IMG/VR virus record: IMGVR_UViG_3300021185_003351
Location: 1-64,000 of that record
Source: a virus
DNA: 64,000 nt
Reading direction: 5' to 3' (one strand)
The notes under the pieces are model-generated. The model was not told the origin of the DNA. It ran no database searches and saw only the letters and a list, made by a program, of their open reading frames with translations. This document shows, piece after piece, positions 16,574 to 26,976 of the stretch; position 1 is the first letter of the stretch, and each line of letters starts with the position of its first letter. Both the position numbers and the translations under genes were made by a program.

Positions 16574-18454
16574 ATGGAAGTAACAAAAGATATATCATAT
16601 TTAGGAAAAGATTTTGGACAATTTAGAAAAAACTTAATTGATTTTACTAAACAATACTTTCCAAATGATTATACAGATTTTAATGAATCATCTCCTGGTA
16701 TGCTATTTATGGAAATGGCATCATATGTAGGTGATGTATTAAGTTATTACGCAGATAATAATTTAAAAGAATCATTATTAGAACAAGCGTCGGAGCAAAA
16801 AAATATATATGATTTAGCTAAAGCTTTAGGATATAATGCAAAAAATGTTATACCGGCATATGTTACGTTAGATGTATTTCAATTAGTACCAGCTATAGGT
16901 ACTGGGGTAAGTAATAGACCAGACTATACATTTGCATTATCAATTAAATCTGGATTACGTGCTAAACAAAATAATGGATCTGTTGAATTCAGGACATTAA
17001 CAGATGTTGATTTTGCATTTTCATCTTCTATAAGCACAACCGATGTTACAGTATATGAAAGTGATGCATCTACTAATGAACCTACATATTATTTATTAAA
17101 AAAACAAGTACCTGCAGTATCTGGAGCTGTAAAAACTGCAACATTTAGTTTTACAAGTCCAAAACAATATGATAAAATTGTATTAACTGACACAGATGTT
17201 ATTGATATTATTAGTATAACTGAAAGTGATGGTGATGTTTGGACAGAAGTTCCATACTTAGCACAAGACACTGTTTTTAATGAAGTTCCAAATTTATTAG
17301 AAAATGATCCAGACTTTGCTCAATATAGAGACTCTTCTCCATATTTGTTAAAATTACGAAAAACATCTAAAAGATTTATTACAAGATTACGTAGTGACAA
17401 TACAATTGAAATACAATTTGGAGCTGGTATAAGTGATAATAATGATGAAGAAATTGTTCCAAATCCTAAAAATGTAGGAAATGGACTACAAGGAATGAGT
17501 CATAACGTTGATATTGATATAGATCCTTCAAATTTTTTATATACAAGAACATATGGACAAGCTCCTTCAAATACTACTTTAACTGTTACATATACGACTG
17601 GTAAAGGAGTTAGTGATAATATTGAAGCAAATCTTATAACAGACATTGAATTTGTAGATTTTCATGATGATCCAAATACAACTGCTGCAGCTGGAATGAT
17701 TAGATTTGCAAAAAGTAGCTTAGCAGTAAATAATCCAAATCCAGCTTCTGGAGCGAAGAGTTCTGAAACAGTACAAGATATTAAAAATAATGCTATGTCT
17801 AATTTTGCAACTCAAAATAGATTAGTAACAAAAGATGATTATCTAATTAGATGCTATGCAATGCCTTCAAAATTTGGTAGTGTTTCAAAAGCATATGTTG
17901 TACCAGATGATCAATTATCACAATCTAGTTTTATTTCATCTAGAGTACCAAATCCATTAGCATTAAATTTACATGTTTTAGGATTTAATGAGTCAAAACA
18001 ATTAACAGTATTGAATAATGCTGTAAAACATAATTTGCAGAATTATTTATCTTATTATAGAATATTAACCGATGCTGTAAATATTCAAGATGCTTTAATT
18101 GTTAATATATCTTTAGATTTTGAAATTATTATACGTACTAATTATAATTCAAATGAAGTTCTATTAAATTGTATCGATGCAATGAAACAGTATTTTGATA
18201 TTGATAAATGGCAGATTAATCAACCTATAGTTAAAACCGAAGTTATGAACACATTAGGAAATGTAACTGGAGTACAAAATGTAGTAGGAATAACTTTTAA
18301 AAATGTGTTTGATTCCTCACAAGGATATGCTGGAAATGTTTATGATTTAGTATCAGCAACAAAACAAGGAGTAATATATCCTCCATTAGATCCATCAATC
18401 TTTGAAATAAAATATTTAAATCGTGATATTAAAGGAAAAGTAGTAAATTTTTAA
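16574..18454 (+). CDS. gp6: Baseplate wedge protein, gp6-like (start likely ATG 16574)
   Basis: YLGKDF...YTDFNESSPGM..MEMASYVGDVLSYYAD; QNRLVTKDDY; follows gp25. Confidence 0.85.
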   Translation: MEVTKDISYLGKDFGQFRKNLIDFTKQYFPNDYTDFNESSPGMLFMEMASYVGDVLSYYADNNLKESLLEQASEQKNIYDLAKALGYNAKNVIPAYVTLDVFQLVPAIGTGVSNRPDYTFALSIKSGLRAKQNNGSVEFRTLTDVDFAFSSSISTTDVTVYESDASTNEPTYYLLKKQVPAVSGAVKTATFSFTSPKQYDKIVLTDTDVIDIISITESDGDVWTEVPYLAQDTVFNEVPNLLENDPDFAQYRDSSPYLLKLRKTSKRFITRLRSDNTIEIQFGAGISDNNDEEIVPNPKNVGNGLQGMSHNVDIDIDPSNFLYTRTYGQAPSNTTLTVTYTTGKGVSDNIEANLITDIEFVDFHDDPNTTAAAGMIRFAKSSLAVNNPNPASGAKSSETVQDIKNNAMSNFATQNRLVTKDDYLIRCYAMPSKFGSVSKAYVVPDDQLSQSSFISSRVPNPLALNLHVLGFNESKQLTVLNNAVKHNLQNYLSYYRILTDAVNIQDALIVNISLDFEIIIRTNYNSNEVLLNCIDAMKQYFDIDKWQINQPIVKTEVMNTLGNVTGVQNVVGITFKNVFDSSQGYAGNVYDLVSATKQGVIYPPLDPSIFEIKYLNRDIKGKVVNF

Positions 18455-18462
18455 GGTAAAAT

Positions 18463-19626
18463 ATGTTTAAAATTATTTATCCATCTGCAGACGCAACTTT
18501 ATATGAAGCATTACCTTCGTATAATACAGGAATTGATGAAATATTAGAAGTTGGCAAAAGATTATCCACTGCAGGAGAGTCATATTTAAATTCAAGATTT
18601 GTTATTCAATTTGATATGAATGATATTAAATCTGCATTATCAAAATATTCTGTTGATTTAGATACTTGTAAATTTATGTTACAATTATATACTACTAATG
18701 CAAAAAATTTACCAGCTCAATATACAATAGACGCAAACATAGTTACTGACTCATGGAATAATGGAACAGGATTTCAAAATAGTAACCCAGCTATTACTGA
18801 TGGTGTTTGTTGGAATACTCCAAAATCTGGAAGTGGTTGGACATCTGGGTCTCAAAATTATAATATACCTGGAACTGATTTATATGCATCCGGATCTGGT
18901 AAAGGTGGTAGTTGGCTCTATCAAGTATCAGATGGATTTTATAGTTCTAGTTTTTATTCCCAATCATTTTATACCCAACCAGGAATCGGTACAGGTATTT
19001 CAGAATCGTTTAGCACAAGACCAACTGATATTAATATGGACGTAACAGGCGCAGTTAAAACATGGATAAGTGGTAGTGGAGGAGTTACAGTTCCAAATAA
19101 TGGATTCCTTTTAAAGTTTTCTGACGCTGATGAAAGTGATGTTAATCAAACCGGATATATAAGATTTTTTAGTAGAGAAACTCATACTATATATGTTCCT
19201 AGAATATTAATGTTATTTGACAAATCAACTTTTAATAATGGTACTTTAACAGAATTTGATATTGATTCATATAAAATATATACTAGCTTACAAAAAGAAT
19301 ATAAAGACACTAGCGTTAATAAAATTAGAATTTATGCTCGTGATAAATATCCACAAAAATCTCCAACTAATTTATTTCCACAACAGACAGTAAAATACTT
19401 GCCGGCTGATACATTATATTCTATAATAGACGCAGCAACAGATGAAATTATAGTTCCATATGATTCTCAATATACAAAAATAAGTTGTGATTCAACTAGT
19501 AATTTTATCAATATTGATATGACTGGATTAATGCCAGAAAGATATTATAGATTAGCATTTAAAGTTGTTTCTGGATTTTATGAGGAATTTATTGAAGATG
19601 ACTTATTTTTTAAAGTAGTAAGATAA
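18463..19626 (+). CDS. Virion structural protein (DNRLRE/CBM-like N-terminal domain)
   Basis: ADATLYE...NTG..EILEVG...SRFVIQFD; NNGFLLK; baseplate context. Confidence 0.55.
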   Translation: MFKIIYPSADATLYEALPSYNTGIDEILEVGKRLSTAGESYLNSRFVIQFDMNDIKSALSKYSVDLDTCKFMLQLYTTNAKNLPAQYTIDANIVTDSWNNGTGFQNSNPAITDGVCWNTPKSGSGWTSGSQNYNIPGTDLYASGSGKGGSWLYQVSDGFYSSSFYSQSFYTQPGIGTGISESFSTRPTDINMDVTGAVKTWISGSGGVTVPNNGFLLKFSDADESDVNQTGYIRFFSRETHTIYVPRILMLFDKSTFNNGTLTEFDIDSYKIYTSLQKEYKDTSVNKIRIYARDKYPQKSPTNLFPQQTVKYLPADTLYSIIDAATDEIIVPYDSQYTKISCDSTSNFINIDMTGLMPERYYRLAFKVVSGFYEEFIEDDLFFKVVR

Positions 19627-19627
19627 C

Positions 19628-21562
19628 ATGTTGATACAAAAATTAAAAGAATATCCAAAAGTTTCCCAGGGAGGAAATTATGCTGCACCACCGACTACTA
19701 CACTAACAGCTGTTTTAGGACAATTTACACTTAGTACAACAGGAGCTGATTATGTGGGTCCATATCATACAATGTCAAATGGTGATTATATGACTGGAGC
19801 AACACATAATCGTGGAAGTGTACAATTAATTCCAATAACCTCTGGAAATCAGACTACGGTTGTTGGTACTGCATTAGTAGGACGATCTAATACTGGTATG
19901 ACTGGTGCTACCTCAACTGCTATTCAACCTCAACCATATGTTCCAACATCCGGAGAGTTAGTTGAATATGAAAAATATCGTGTTAGTGGCTCTTTATATA
20001 AATCTAATATTTCATATGTTAATTCTAGAGATACTAAAGGTAATATTTCACTCCGTGAAAATGAAAATAATGAATTATTATTAATAGAAAATATAAGTAA
20101 TAATTTTACAAATAGATCAATTGTATCTGCAATTGACACTCAATTTAGATATTTTAAATTTCCAGCTCAAATATCTACCACAATAGATGATATTGAATTT
20201 GATGAAAGTTTATTAGATATTGATCTTGATTTAGCAGTTTCAAATGATCCAAATGCAAATAAACTAATTAAAACATATGATGATAAACTTTATTATGTAC
20301 AAAATGGTAAAAAACGACTTTTTAATATAAAAGCAAGTTCAACATGGGCGTATAAAAATAATTTGCCACCTTTTGAAAATTTAGCTGGAAATATTTCTGG
20401 ATTAGATTTTGGAGAAAATAATTATAGTAATTATAATGAAGTAACATATAATACGGTAGCACCTTCGGTGTCTGATGGATATATAACAGGAGATCCATAT
20501 CTTCCAGAAGATGCATTTATAGAAGGAGATATTTATTCTAAAATAACTTTTATTACTGCAGTATCAATACCTAATTTGCCAAGCAATGTGCCAGTAAATA
20601 TCAATGGACCAAAAATTGGAAAAGTAGTATTTAGTGATTTAGCTGACGGTCAAAAGAGAAGAACTGAATTTGTTGCTAGTGAAACAGAAAATAGTTATCT
20701 AGGAATTAAAGTTGGTGCCTTTGGAAATACCGATACATCTGCTTTTGCTAATTATGGTATATATACAACTAATCCAAATGGCCCATATGCAATAATTGTA
20801 GATTATAACAATTATCAGGGAGCTGACACAGTAGGTCAACGAGATTTTGGTTTAGTACAAGATTTATTACAACTTTTCTATGTTGGGTTCAATGCATTTT
20901 TATTAGACAAACCAACAAAATTAGGAATACAAGTAAAAAATCAATTAACAATGTATGCATCTGTAGATTTATTTAATTCAACTGGAGTTCAATATGTTGC
21001 ATACAATGATGCACTAACATTGTTACGAAAAAATAATAATACTAATTCTACACAAATTCCCGAATACATGGGTAGTGGCTTTTCTATAGTTTCGGGTGAT
21101 AATTGGACTACAAAATATGAAGGATTACTTGGAGAAACAATGCAAGATAGTCAAGGAAAGCGTTTATATTGGTATAAAACCACAATAGATATAGTTGGAG
21201 AGGCAGCAACATTACAACTTTGGTCTATGACAAATAATCAACCTGTAAATAATTTAACAAATTTATTATACAACTCGGTAGAAGTTCCAAATGCTCCTAT
21301 TTTACCAATACGATCGAATTCAACAACATTTCCGGGGTGGGTTGTAAACTTCAATGATTTATTTCCAAATGGTATAACACCAAATACTCATACAGAATTT
21401 GAAGTACGTATAGCTACTACAACAACATTTTCTGTTGATGTATATTTTATAGGATGGCAACGACAAGATAATGATGCAGTATATATAATTAATGATTCAG
21501 TACATTTAGGAACTCCTCCTGATTTAACATTAAGTAATATGCCAACAGGACCGCAAAACTAA
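19628..21562 (+). CDS. Putative virion structural protein
   Basis: 644 aa, beta-rich; YVGPYH...MTGATH module; baseplate context. Confidence 0.55.
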   Translation: MLIQKLKEYPKVSQGGNYAAPPTTTLTAVLGQFTLSTTGADYVGPYHTMSNGDYMTGATHNRGSVQLIPITSGNQTTVVGTALVGRSNTGMTGATSTAIQPQPYVPTSGELVEYEKYRVSGSLYKSNISYVNSRDTKGNISLRENENNELLLIENISNNFTNRSIVSAIDTQFRYFKFPAQISTTIDDIEFDESLLDIDLDLAVSNDPNANKLIKTYDDKLYYVQNGKKRLFNIKASSTWAYKNNLPPFENLAGNISGLDFGENNYSNYNEVTYNTVAPSVSDGYITGDPYLPEDAFIEGDIYSKITFITAVSIPNLPSNVPVNINGPKIGKVVFSDLADGQKRRTEFVASETENSYLGIKVGAFGNTDTSAFANYGIYTTNPNGPYAIIVDYNNYQGADTVGQRDFGLVQDLLQLFYVGFNAFLLDKPTKLGIQVKNQLTMYASVDLFNSTGVQYVAYNDALTLLRKNNNTNSTQIPEYMGSGFSIVSGDNWTTKYEGLLGETMQDSQGKRLYWYKTTIDIVGEAATLQLWSMTNNQPVNNLTNLLYNSVEVPNAPILPIRSNSTTFPGWVVNFNDLFPNGITPNTHTEFEVRIATTTTFSVDVYFIGWQRQDNDAVYIINDSVHLGTPPDLTLSNMPTGPQN

Positions 21563-21572
21563 TTTAAATATT

Positions 21573-24500
21573 ATGATAAATCAATATTCAAATATCAAAC
21601 AAATAAATGAAAGCTTAAATGCTTTAGAAGGTTATAGATATCGTGATGCAGATCGTAATATATTTTTACGAAACACACAACAATATATATTTGATACTGC
21701 ATATCATGATACAGAATTTCACATATATTCAGGAGATGAATGGATTACTGGAAAATATAATGGTGTAAATTTATCTGGTTTTACTGGCCAAAAATTTGAT
21801 GAAAATAATAATCCAATATTTTTAAATAACTCACATACATTAGATGTATATCAACAATTTTCTGATTTACAGTTAACTTCTGGTAATTATAGATTTGCTG
21901 TTAATTTCTTTGAGAATAAAATTGGAAGTTATGACACTCCGTCATTTGTAATTGATAAAATATCAGCTGATAAAACAGAAATTAGATTAAGATTATTAGA
22001 TGAAACAAATAGTCAACATTTATTACAGATAACTGATTGGATTGATAATGTTAATCAAACAGTATTTAATACACAAACAAGTAAAAATTATTTACTAAAT
22101 TTTGGAAAAAATCAAACAATACATTTTGTTAATAGTGTAGTTATAGGAAAATATTTATTTGTTAAAACATATAAGCCAGTCGACACGGATATATTTAAAG
22201 AAAATTTTAAATGTTGGGTTGTTTGTGAAAAACAATTACCATACATTGATAATGTATCTTTATCTGAACAAGAAGTAGAAATCCAATACAATGTATTAAA
22301 TCATATAAACTGGGATGCATATGATGAGTCATTACAATCCTCAGAAACTAGTTTAAAAAATTGGAATCAATTATTAGGATCATCATTACAAACATCTCAA
22401 CAAATTATTGATTCATATTTTTCTGGAAGCTTAAGTGGAATTAATTTAAATATTGATTATAGTGATTTTAATAATTTTATATTTTATAGTTCTGCTACAG
22501 AGCGATTATCAAACTTTAAATATAAATTAGAATTACTAGAATATTATACAGCTCAGTCTTCATCTGCAGCAAGTTTATCAGGTGGAACGTCGACAACGAA
22601 TGCAAATGATTATAAATCATTATATAATAATTTAATTGGAACATTTGATGAATTTGAAAATTTTCTGTATTATCAATCATCGTCGGCATTATTTAGTAAT
22701 AATATACCAAGTATAAATCCAAATGTTAGTTTTATAACTGGTAGTTATATAAATCCAGTACCTAAAATAAATAATTCTATTCCATATCAATTGCAGTCTG
22801 TCACTAGTAGTATTTTTGAATCGTGGTATTCAGGAACATATGAGTCAGCATCTTTATATGATTTACGTAATAATAATAAGTTAACAAAATCTATACCAGA
22901 ATTTATTTTATTAGATGAAAATAATGAACAATTATCTATTTTTGTTAATATGTTAGGGCATCATTATGATATTTTATACTCTTATATAAATTCTATGACA
23001 AAAATTAATAATCGGGACGAACATCCTAAAAAAGGAATGCCTAATGAATTATTATATTCTGTTGCTAAACAATTTGGATGGACATTAACAAATGGAAATC
23101 AATATCAGAATTTATGGGAATATGTTTTAGGCACTAATGAAACTGGAACTCCGTTAACTGGATCTAATACAGTTGGCGATGAATCATTACCAGGTCGTGA
23201 AATGACATTTAACGTATGGAGGAGAATTGTTAATAATATTCCTGGATTACTAAAATCAAAAGGAACAAAAAGAAGTATTCAAGCGTTATTATCTTGTTAT
23301 GGAGTACCTCAATCATTAATTACTATTAAAGAATATGGCGGTCCAAGAATCGAACGAAAACCAGTTTATGAAAAATTAAATTTTGATTATGCATTAGATT
23401 TAATAAATAATAATGCTGGTACAGTTCGTGTTGATTATGATCAACCAATTAATTCTGTTGAATTAAGATTTAAAATAGATAACGTATTAAATAATCCAAC
23501 TGTACCTAGTTCAATGAATCTATACTCTATAGGTTCTAATAATGTAACTATAAATTTTGTACGTGGAACATTAGGAACGTTGAGTATTAATGGAACTGCT
23601 ACTAATGAAATTGAATGTTATAATGGAGAATTTTTAAATACCTTATTAAGAAGTGGCTCATCTGGAACATTAGAATTAATAGTTCAAAAATCAAAATATG
23701 GAAAAATTGTAGCAGCTGTTTCTTCGTCTGTTACTGCATCATTTCCTAATACCGGTACTTTAACATTAGGAGGAGCAACAAGATTAAAAGGACAATTACA
23801 AGAATTAAGATTATGGTCATCTAGTTTACAAAATGATCCGTTTTCTAATCATACAAAAGCACCAGGTTCATATGATGGAAATATTAATGCATATGATGAA
23901 TTAACATTTAGATTACCATTAAATGAAAATATAAATCATTCACAAACAGGAAGTTTATTAGGAGTAGAACCAAATATATCTAATATATCTGCATCATTTA
24001 TAGGATGGAGTTCAAATACTCCATATGATTCATTAGAAGAAACTTATTACTATGATGGAATTTCAATAGGAGCTGGGACTTATGATGATAATAAAATTCG
24101 TATTGAATCAAATGAACTTACTGGAAATTTAAGTGTTGCTACAAGAGCTTCATTATCACAATATGATAAAGCTCCATTAGATTCAAATAAATTAGGAGTA
24201 TTTTATTCTCCTCAAACAATTATAGATGAAGATATAATAGCACAATTAGGAAGTGTTAAATTAGATCAATATATAGGAGATCCAGAAGATCAACAAAAAA
24301 AATCATATCCGGAACTAATACAATTTTCTAGATCGTATTGGAAAAAATATAATAATAAAAATAATTTAAATGCATTTATTAATATGTTTACATTGTTTGA
24401 TTTATCATTTTTTAAACAAATTGATCAATTATTACCAGCAAGAATTGATAAAATTAAAGGATTACTAGTACAACCTAATTTGCTAGAACGAAGTAAAGAA

Positions 24501-25100
24501 GCGGTATATAGTAAACCAGTTCAATTAAAAAATAATAGTTATACGTCTTCTTTAAATATATCTCCAGAAATACCTTTTTCATATGATAATATTAATGTAG
24601 TATTAAATAATAAAGATATCTTATTATCTGGTATATCTAATAAAATACAAGGAGAAATGCGTCCTATAGATATGTATACCGGAAGTATATCATCATTAAG
24701 TGTAAATATTAACGCTTCTTCAGGAATTTCAGTTGCAACAGTAGGTCAAAGAAGACATAGATTTGAAGGATGTAAATTGACTGGCCCTGGTATTAATATT
24801 CCGACTAATAATTTTCCAGTTGGAGAACCGGTTGTTACAAGAGTAAGAGTTAGTCCAACAGAATTAGTTAGCAGTGATCCTAATCGATTAGGAGTATTTA
24901 GTACAAAACGTGATACCGAAATAACAATTAAAGAAGAACCAGAAATTATTGTATCAGAAAATGATCCTACAACAACAGCTCAAACAACTACTAATACATT
25001 AGCTGCTAAAGGAAATACATCAATACCAGAAAATAATCCACCGGTTATACAACGAACTACAAATAATAAAAGTAATTATAAATCTACTAGAGGAAATTAA
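21573..25100 (+). CDS. Large baseplate wedge protein (gp7/P2 gpI-like) with LamG-like domain
   Basis: LLKSKGTKRSIQALLSCYG; LKGQLQELRLW. Confidence 0.65.
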   Translation: MINQYSNIKQINESLNALEGYRYRDADRNIFLRNTQQYIFDTAYHDTEFHIYSGDEWITGKYNGVNLSGFTGQKFDENNNPIFLNNSHTLDVYQQFSDLQLTSGNYRFAVNFFENKIGSYDTPSFVIDKISADKTEIRLRLLDETNSQHLLQITDWIDNVNQTVFNTQTSKNYLLNFGKNQTIHFVNSVVIGKYLFVKTYKPVDTDIFKENFKCWVVCEKQLPYIDNVSLSEQEVEIQYNVLNHINWDAYDESLQSSETSLKNWNQLLGSSLQTSQQIIDSYFSGSLSGINLNIDYSDFNNFIFYSSATERLSNFKYKLELLEYYTAQSSSAASLSGGTSTTNANDYKSLYNNLIGTFDEFENFLYYQSSSALFSNNIPSINPNVSFITGSYINPVPKINNSIPYQLQSVTSSIFESWYSGTYESASLYDLRNNNKLTKSIPEFILLDENNEQLSIFVNMLGHHYDILYSYINSMTKINNRDEHPKKGMPNELLYSVAKQFGWTLTNGNQYQNLWEYVLGTNETGTPLTGSNTVGDESLPGREMTFNVWRRIVNNIPGLLKSKGTKRSIQALLSCYGVPQSLITIKEYGGPRIERKPVYEKLNFDYALDLINNNAGTVRVDYDQPINSVELRFKIDNVLNNPTVPSSMNLYSIGSNNVTINFVRGTLGTLSINGTATNEIECYNGEFLNTLLRSGSSGTLELIVQKSKYGKIVAAVSSSVTASFPNTGTLTLGGATRLKGQLQELRLWSSSLQNDPFSNHTKAPGSYDGNINAYDELTFRLPLNENINHSQTGSLLGVEPNISNISASFIGWSSNTPYDSLEETYYYDGISIGAGTYDDNKIRIESNELTGNLSVATRASLSQYDKAPLDSNKLGVFYSPQTIIDEDIIAQLGSVKLDQYIGDPEDQQKKSYPELIQFSRSYWKKYNNKNNLNAFINMFTLFDLSFFKQIDQLLPARIDKIKGLLVQPNLLERSKEAVYSKPVQLKNNSYTSSLNISPEIPFSYDNINVVLNNKDILLSGISNKIQGEMRPIDMYTGSISSLSVNINASSGISVATVGQRRHRFEGCKLTGPGINIPTNNFPVGEPVVTRVRVSPTELVSSDPNRLGVFSTKRDTEITIKEEPEIIVSENDPTTTAQTTTNTLAAKGNTSIPENNPPVIQRTTNNKSNYKSTRGN

Positions 25101-25148
25101 TCAAAATTTTGATTGAACAATATTTATTAAAAACAAAAGGACATTAAT

Positions 25149-25814
25149 ATGGGATATTTAGATAATACATCAATAACAGTCGACGCAATATTAACAAATA
25201 AAGGTCGTGAATTATTAGCACAAGGAGGAACCGCTTTTAATATTACACAATTTGCGTTAGGTGATGATGAAATAGATTATACATTATGGAATCCAAATGA
25301 TACAAGAGGTACAGCATTTTATGGAGATGTTATTGAAAATATGCCAGTAACAGAAGCAATTCCAGATCAAACAAAAGCTTTAAAATATAGATTATTAACA
25401 TTACCTGGAAATAATGCACAATATTTACCAAAAGTTTCAGTAGCTCCAGCGACAATGGGTTCGCAATCAGGAAATGGATCAACACTTACATTTAATGTAT
25501 CAACATTAAACTTTTCAAATGCAAATTCAACATTAGGATATACAGCGGTTTTATCTAATAGTTCAATAGGAACATTAACTGCAGCAACAGGACAAGCATT
25601 AAGTAATGTAGCTCCTGGAATAACTGGCGATGCAACTTCTGTAGCAATCGTTGGTTTAGGCGGATTTAATTTAACATTGAATCCAAATCCTTCTACAACT
25701 CAAACTAGATCTACTACGATTACATTTTTTGCAAATGAAACTGGAGGCGAAGTTACTGTTAATATAACACAAGAAAAACGTACGTTTACTGCTTCAACAA
25801 ATACGACCTTTTAA
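25149..25814 (+). CDS. Baseplate/tail structural protein
   Basis: MGYLDNTSITVDAILTNKGRELLA...ITQFALGDDEIDY; late motif at 25120-25127. Confidence 0.6.
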   Translation: MGYLDNTSITVDAILTNKGRELLAQGGTAFNITQFALGDDEIDYTLWNPNDTRGTAFYGDVIENMPVTEAIPDQTKALKYRLLTLPGNNAQYLPKVSVAPATMGSQSGNGSTLTFNVSTLNFSNANSTLGYTAVLSNSSIGTLTAATGQALSNVAPGITGDATSVAIVGLGGFNLTLNPNPSTTQTRSTTITFFANETGGEVTVNITQEKRTFTASTNTTF

Positions 25815-25816
25815 AA

Positions 25817-26926
25817 ATGAGAACAACTATGATAAATTTACTAAAACAACTACCAAATCAAGGCCAATCATTATCATTTCAACAATTGGATACAACTAGA
25901 GATATTATTGATTCATCACAAGAAACAATAACAGACGCATTATGGAGTGATGATCAGCCATTATTATCAACATTTTTTACTGCATCAAATTTATCTGTTT
26001 CTCAAAAAGCATATTATGTTAATGTATATCAAAAAGATCCGGCAGCAACTGGGTCTGCAATTCAATTTGCATTAGCATATGGTGATCAGCGAGGTAGCGG
26101 ATCATTAAATAATGGCGGTGGACAATTAGGAGATGCTCCTAGTAAAGCAATATATTCACAATATAAACAATTATTATTAGATGAAACAGTAAATGCATTT
26201 ACATTTAAAACTGGATCTGGTGTTTATACTACGGATTCAATATATGTAATAAATTTGCAACGAGCAAGATCAAAAGAAAGACTAGATCCAGGTAATTGGG
26301 AATTACCATTAAGTGGTATTACATCTAGAGATACAGATGCAACAGGAAGTGTTGTAATAGGACCTTCTCATATAAAACTAATTGATAATTCATCAACAGA
26401 AACAACATCTACACCGGAGATTGCGGATTCATATGACATTGTTTCTGGAAGTATTTCAAATGGAATCTTTAATTCAACTGCTCCTGAATATTATGGTAAA
26501 GTTTATCCACAACATAGCGTTATTATATTAGATGGGAGAAAATTAGATAATGAGTTAGGATTTAAAACTAACACCGGTTCTAATGCAGCTGGAAGTAATC
26601 ATTATGGCTTATTTCATTCTGTTTCTGGATCTGCTTCTGCGGGGTCAGGATCGTTTTTAGCTAGAAATAAAGAAACTGTTAGTAGCACTATGTATTTTGT
26701 TAGATTAAATAATGCAGATTATAATTATTCAAATAATCCATCATATGTAACTGGAACTCAATTTGAAATTGCAAATCAAGGATATTGGACAGATCCAGTA
26801 TCATATATAACTACAGTTGGTTTATATAATGATCAACAAGAATTATTAGCAGTTGCAAAATTAAGTAAGCCAATTAAAAAAGACAAAAAATCAGAATTAA
26901 ATATTCGTGTTAAATTAGATTATTAA
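25817..26926 (+). CDS. Baseplate/tail-collar-like structural protein
   Basis: C-terminal YITTVGLYND..ELLAVAKLSKPI domain. Confidence 0.6.
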   Translation: MRTTMINLLKQLPNQGQSLSFQQLDTTRDIIDSSQETITDALWSDDQPLLSTFFTASNLSVSQKAYYVNVYQKDPAATGSAIQFALAYGDQRGSGSLNNGGGQLGDAPSKAIYSQYKQLLLDETVNAFTFKTGSGVYTTDSIYVINLQRARSKERLDPGNWELPLSGITSRDTDATGSVVIGPSHIKLIDNSSTETTSTPEIADSYDIVSGSISNGIFNSTAPEYYGKVYPQHSVIILDGRKLDNELGFKTNTGSNAAGSNHYGLFHSVSGSASAGSGSFLARNKETVSSTMYFVRLNNADYNYSNNPSYVTGTQFEIANQGYWTDPVSYITTVGLYNDQQELLAVAKLSKPIKKDKKSELNIRVKLDY

Positions 26927-26976
26927 TTACATGTATTTTTTGCCTGTTATATTTATTATAAAATAACAGAGTCTAT

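Noticed and set aside
18761-19045. Alternative-frame + strand ORFs at 18761..19045 and 58860..59087
   Set aside because: They lie wholly inside coherent structural genes with no protein-like signal or RBS, unlike the 9703 nested ORF
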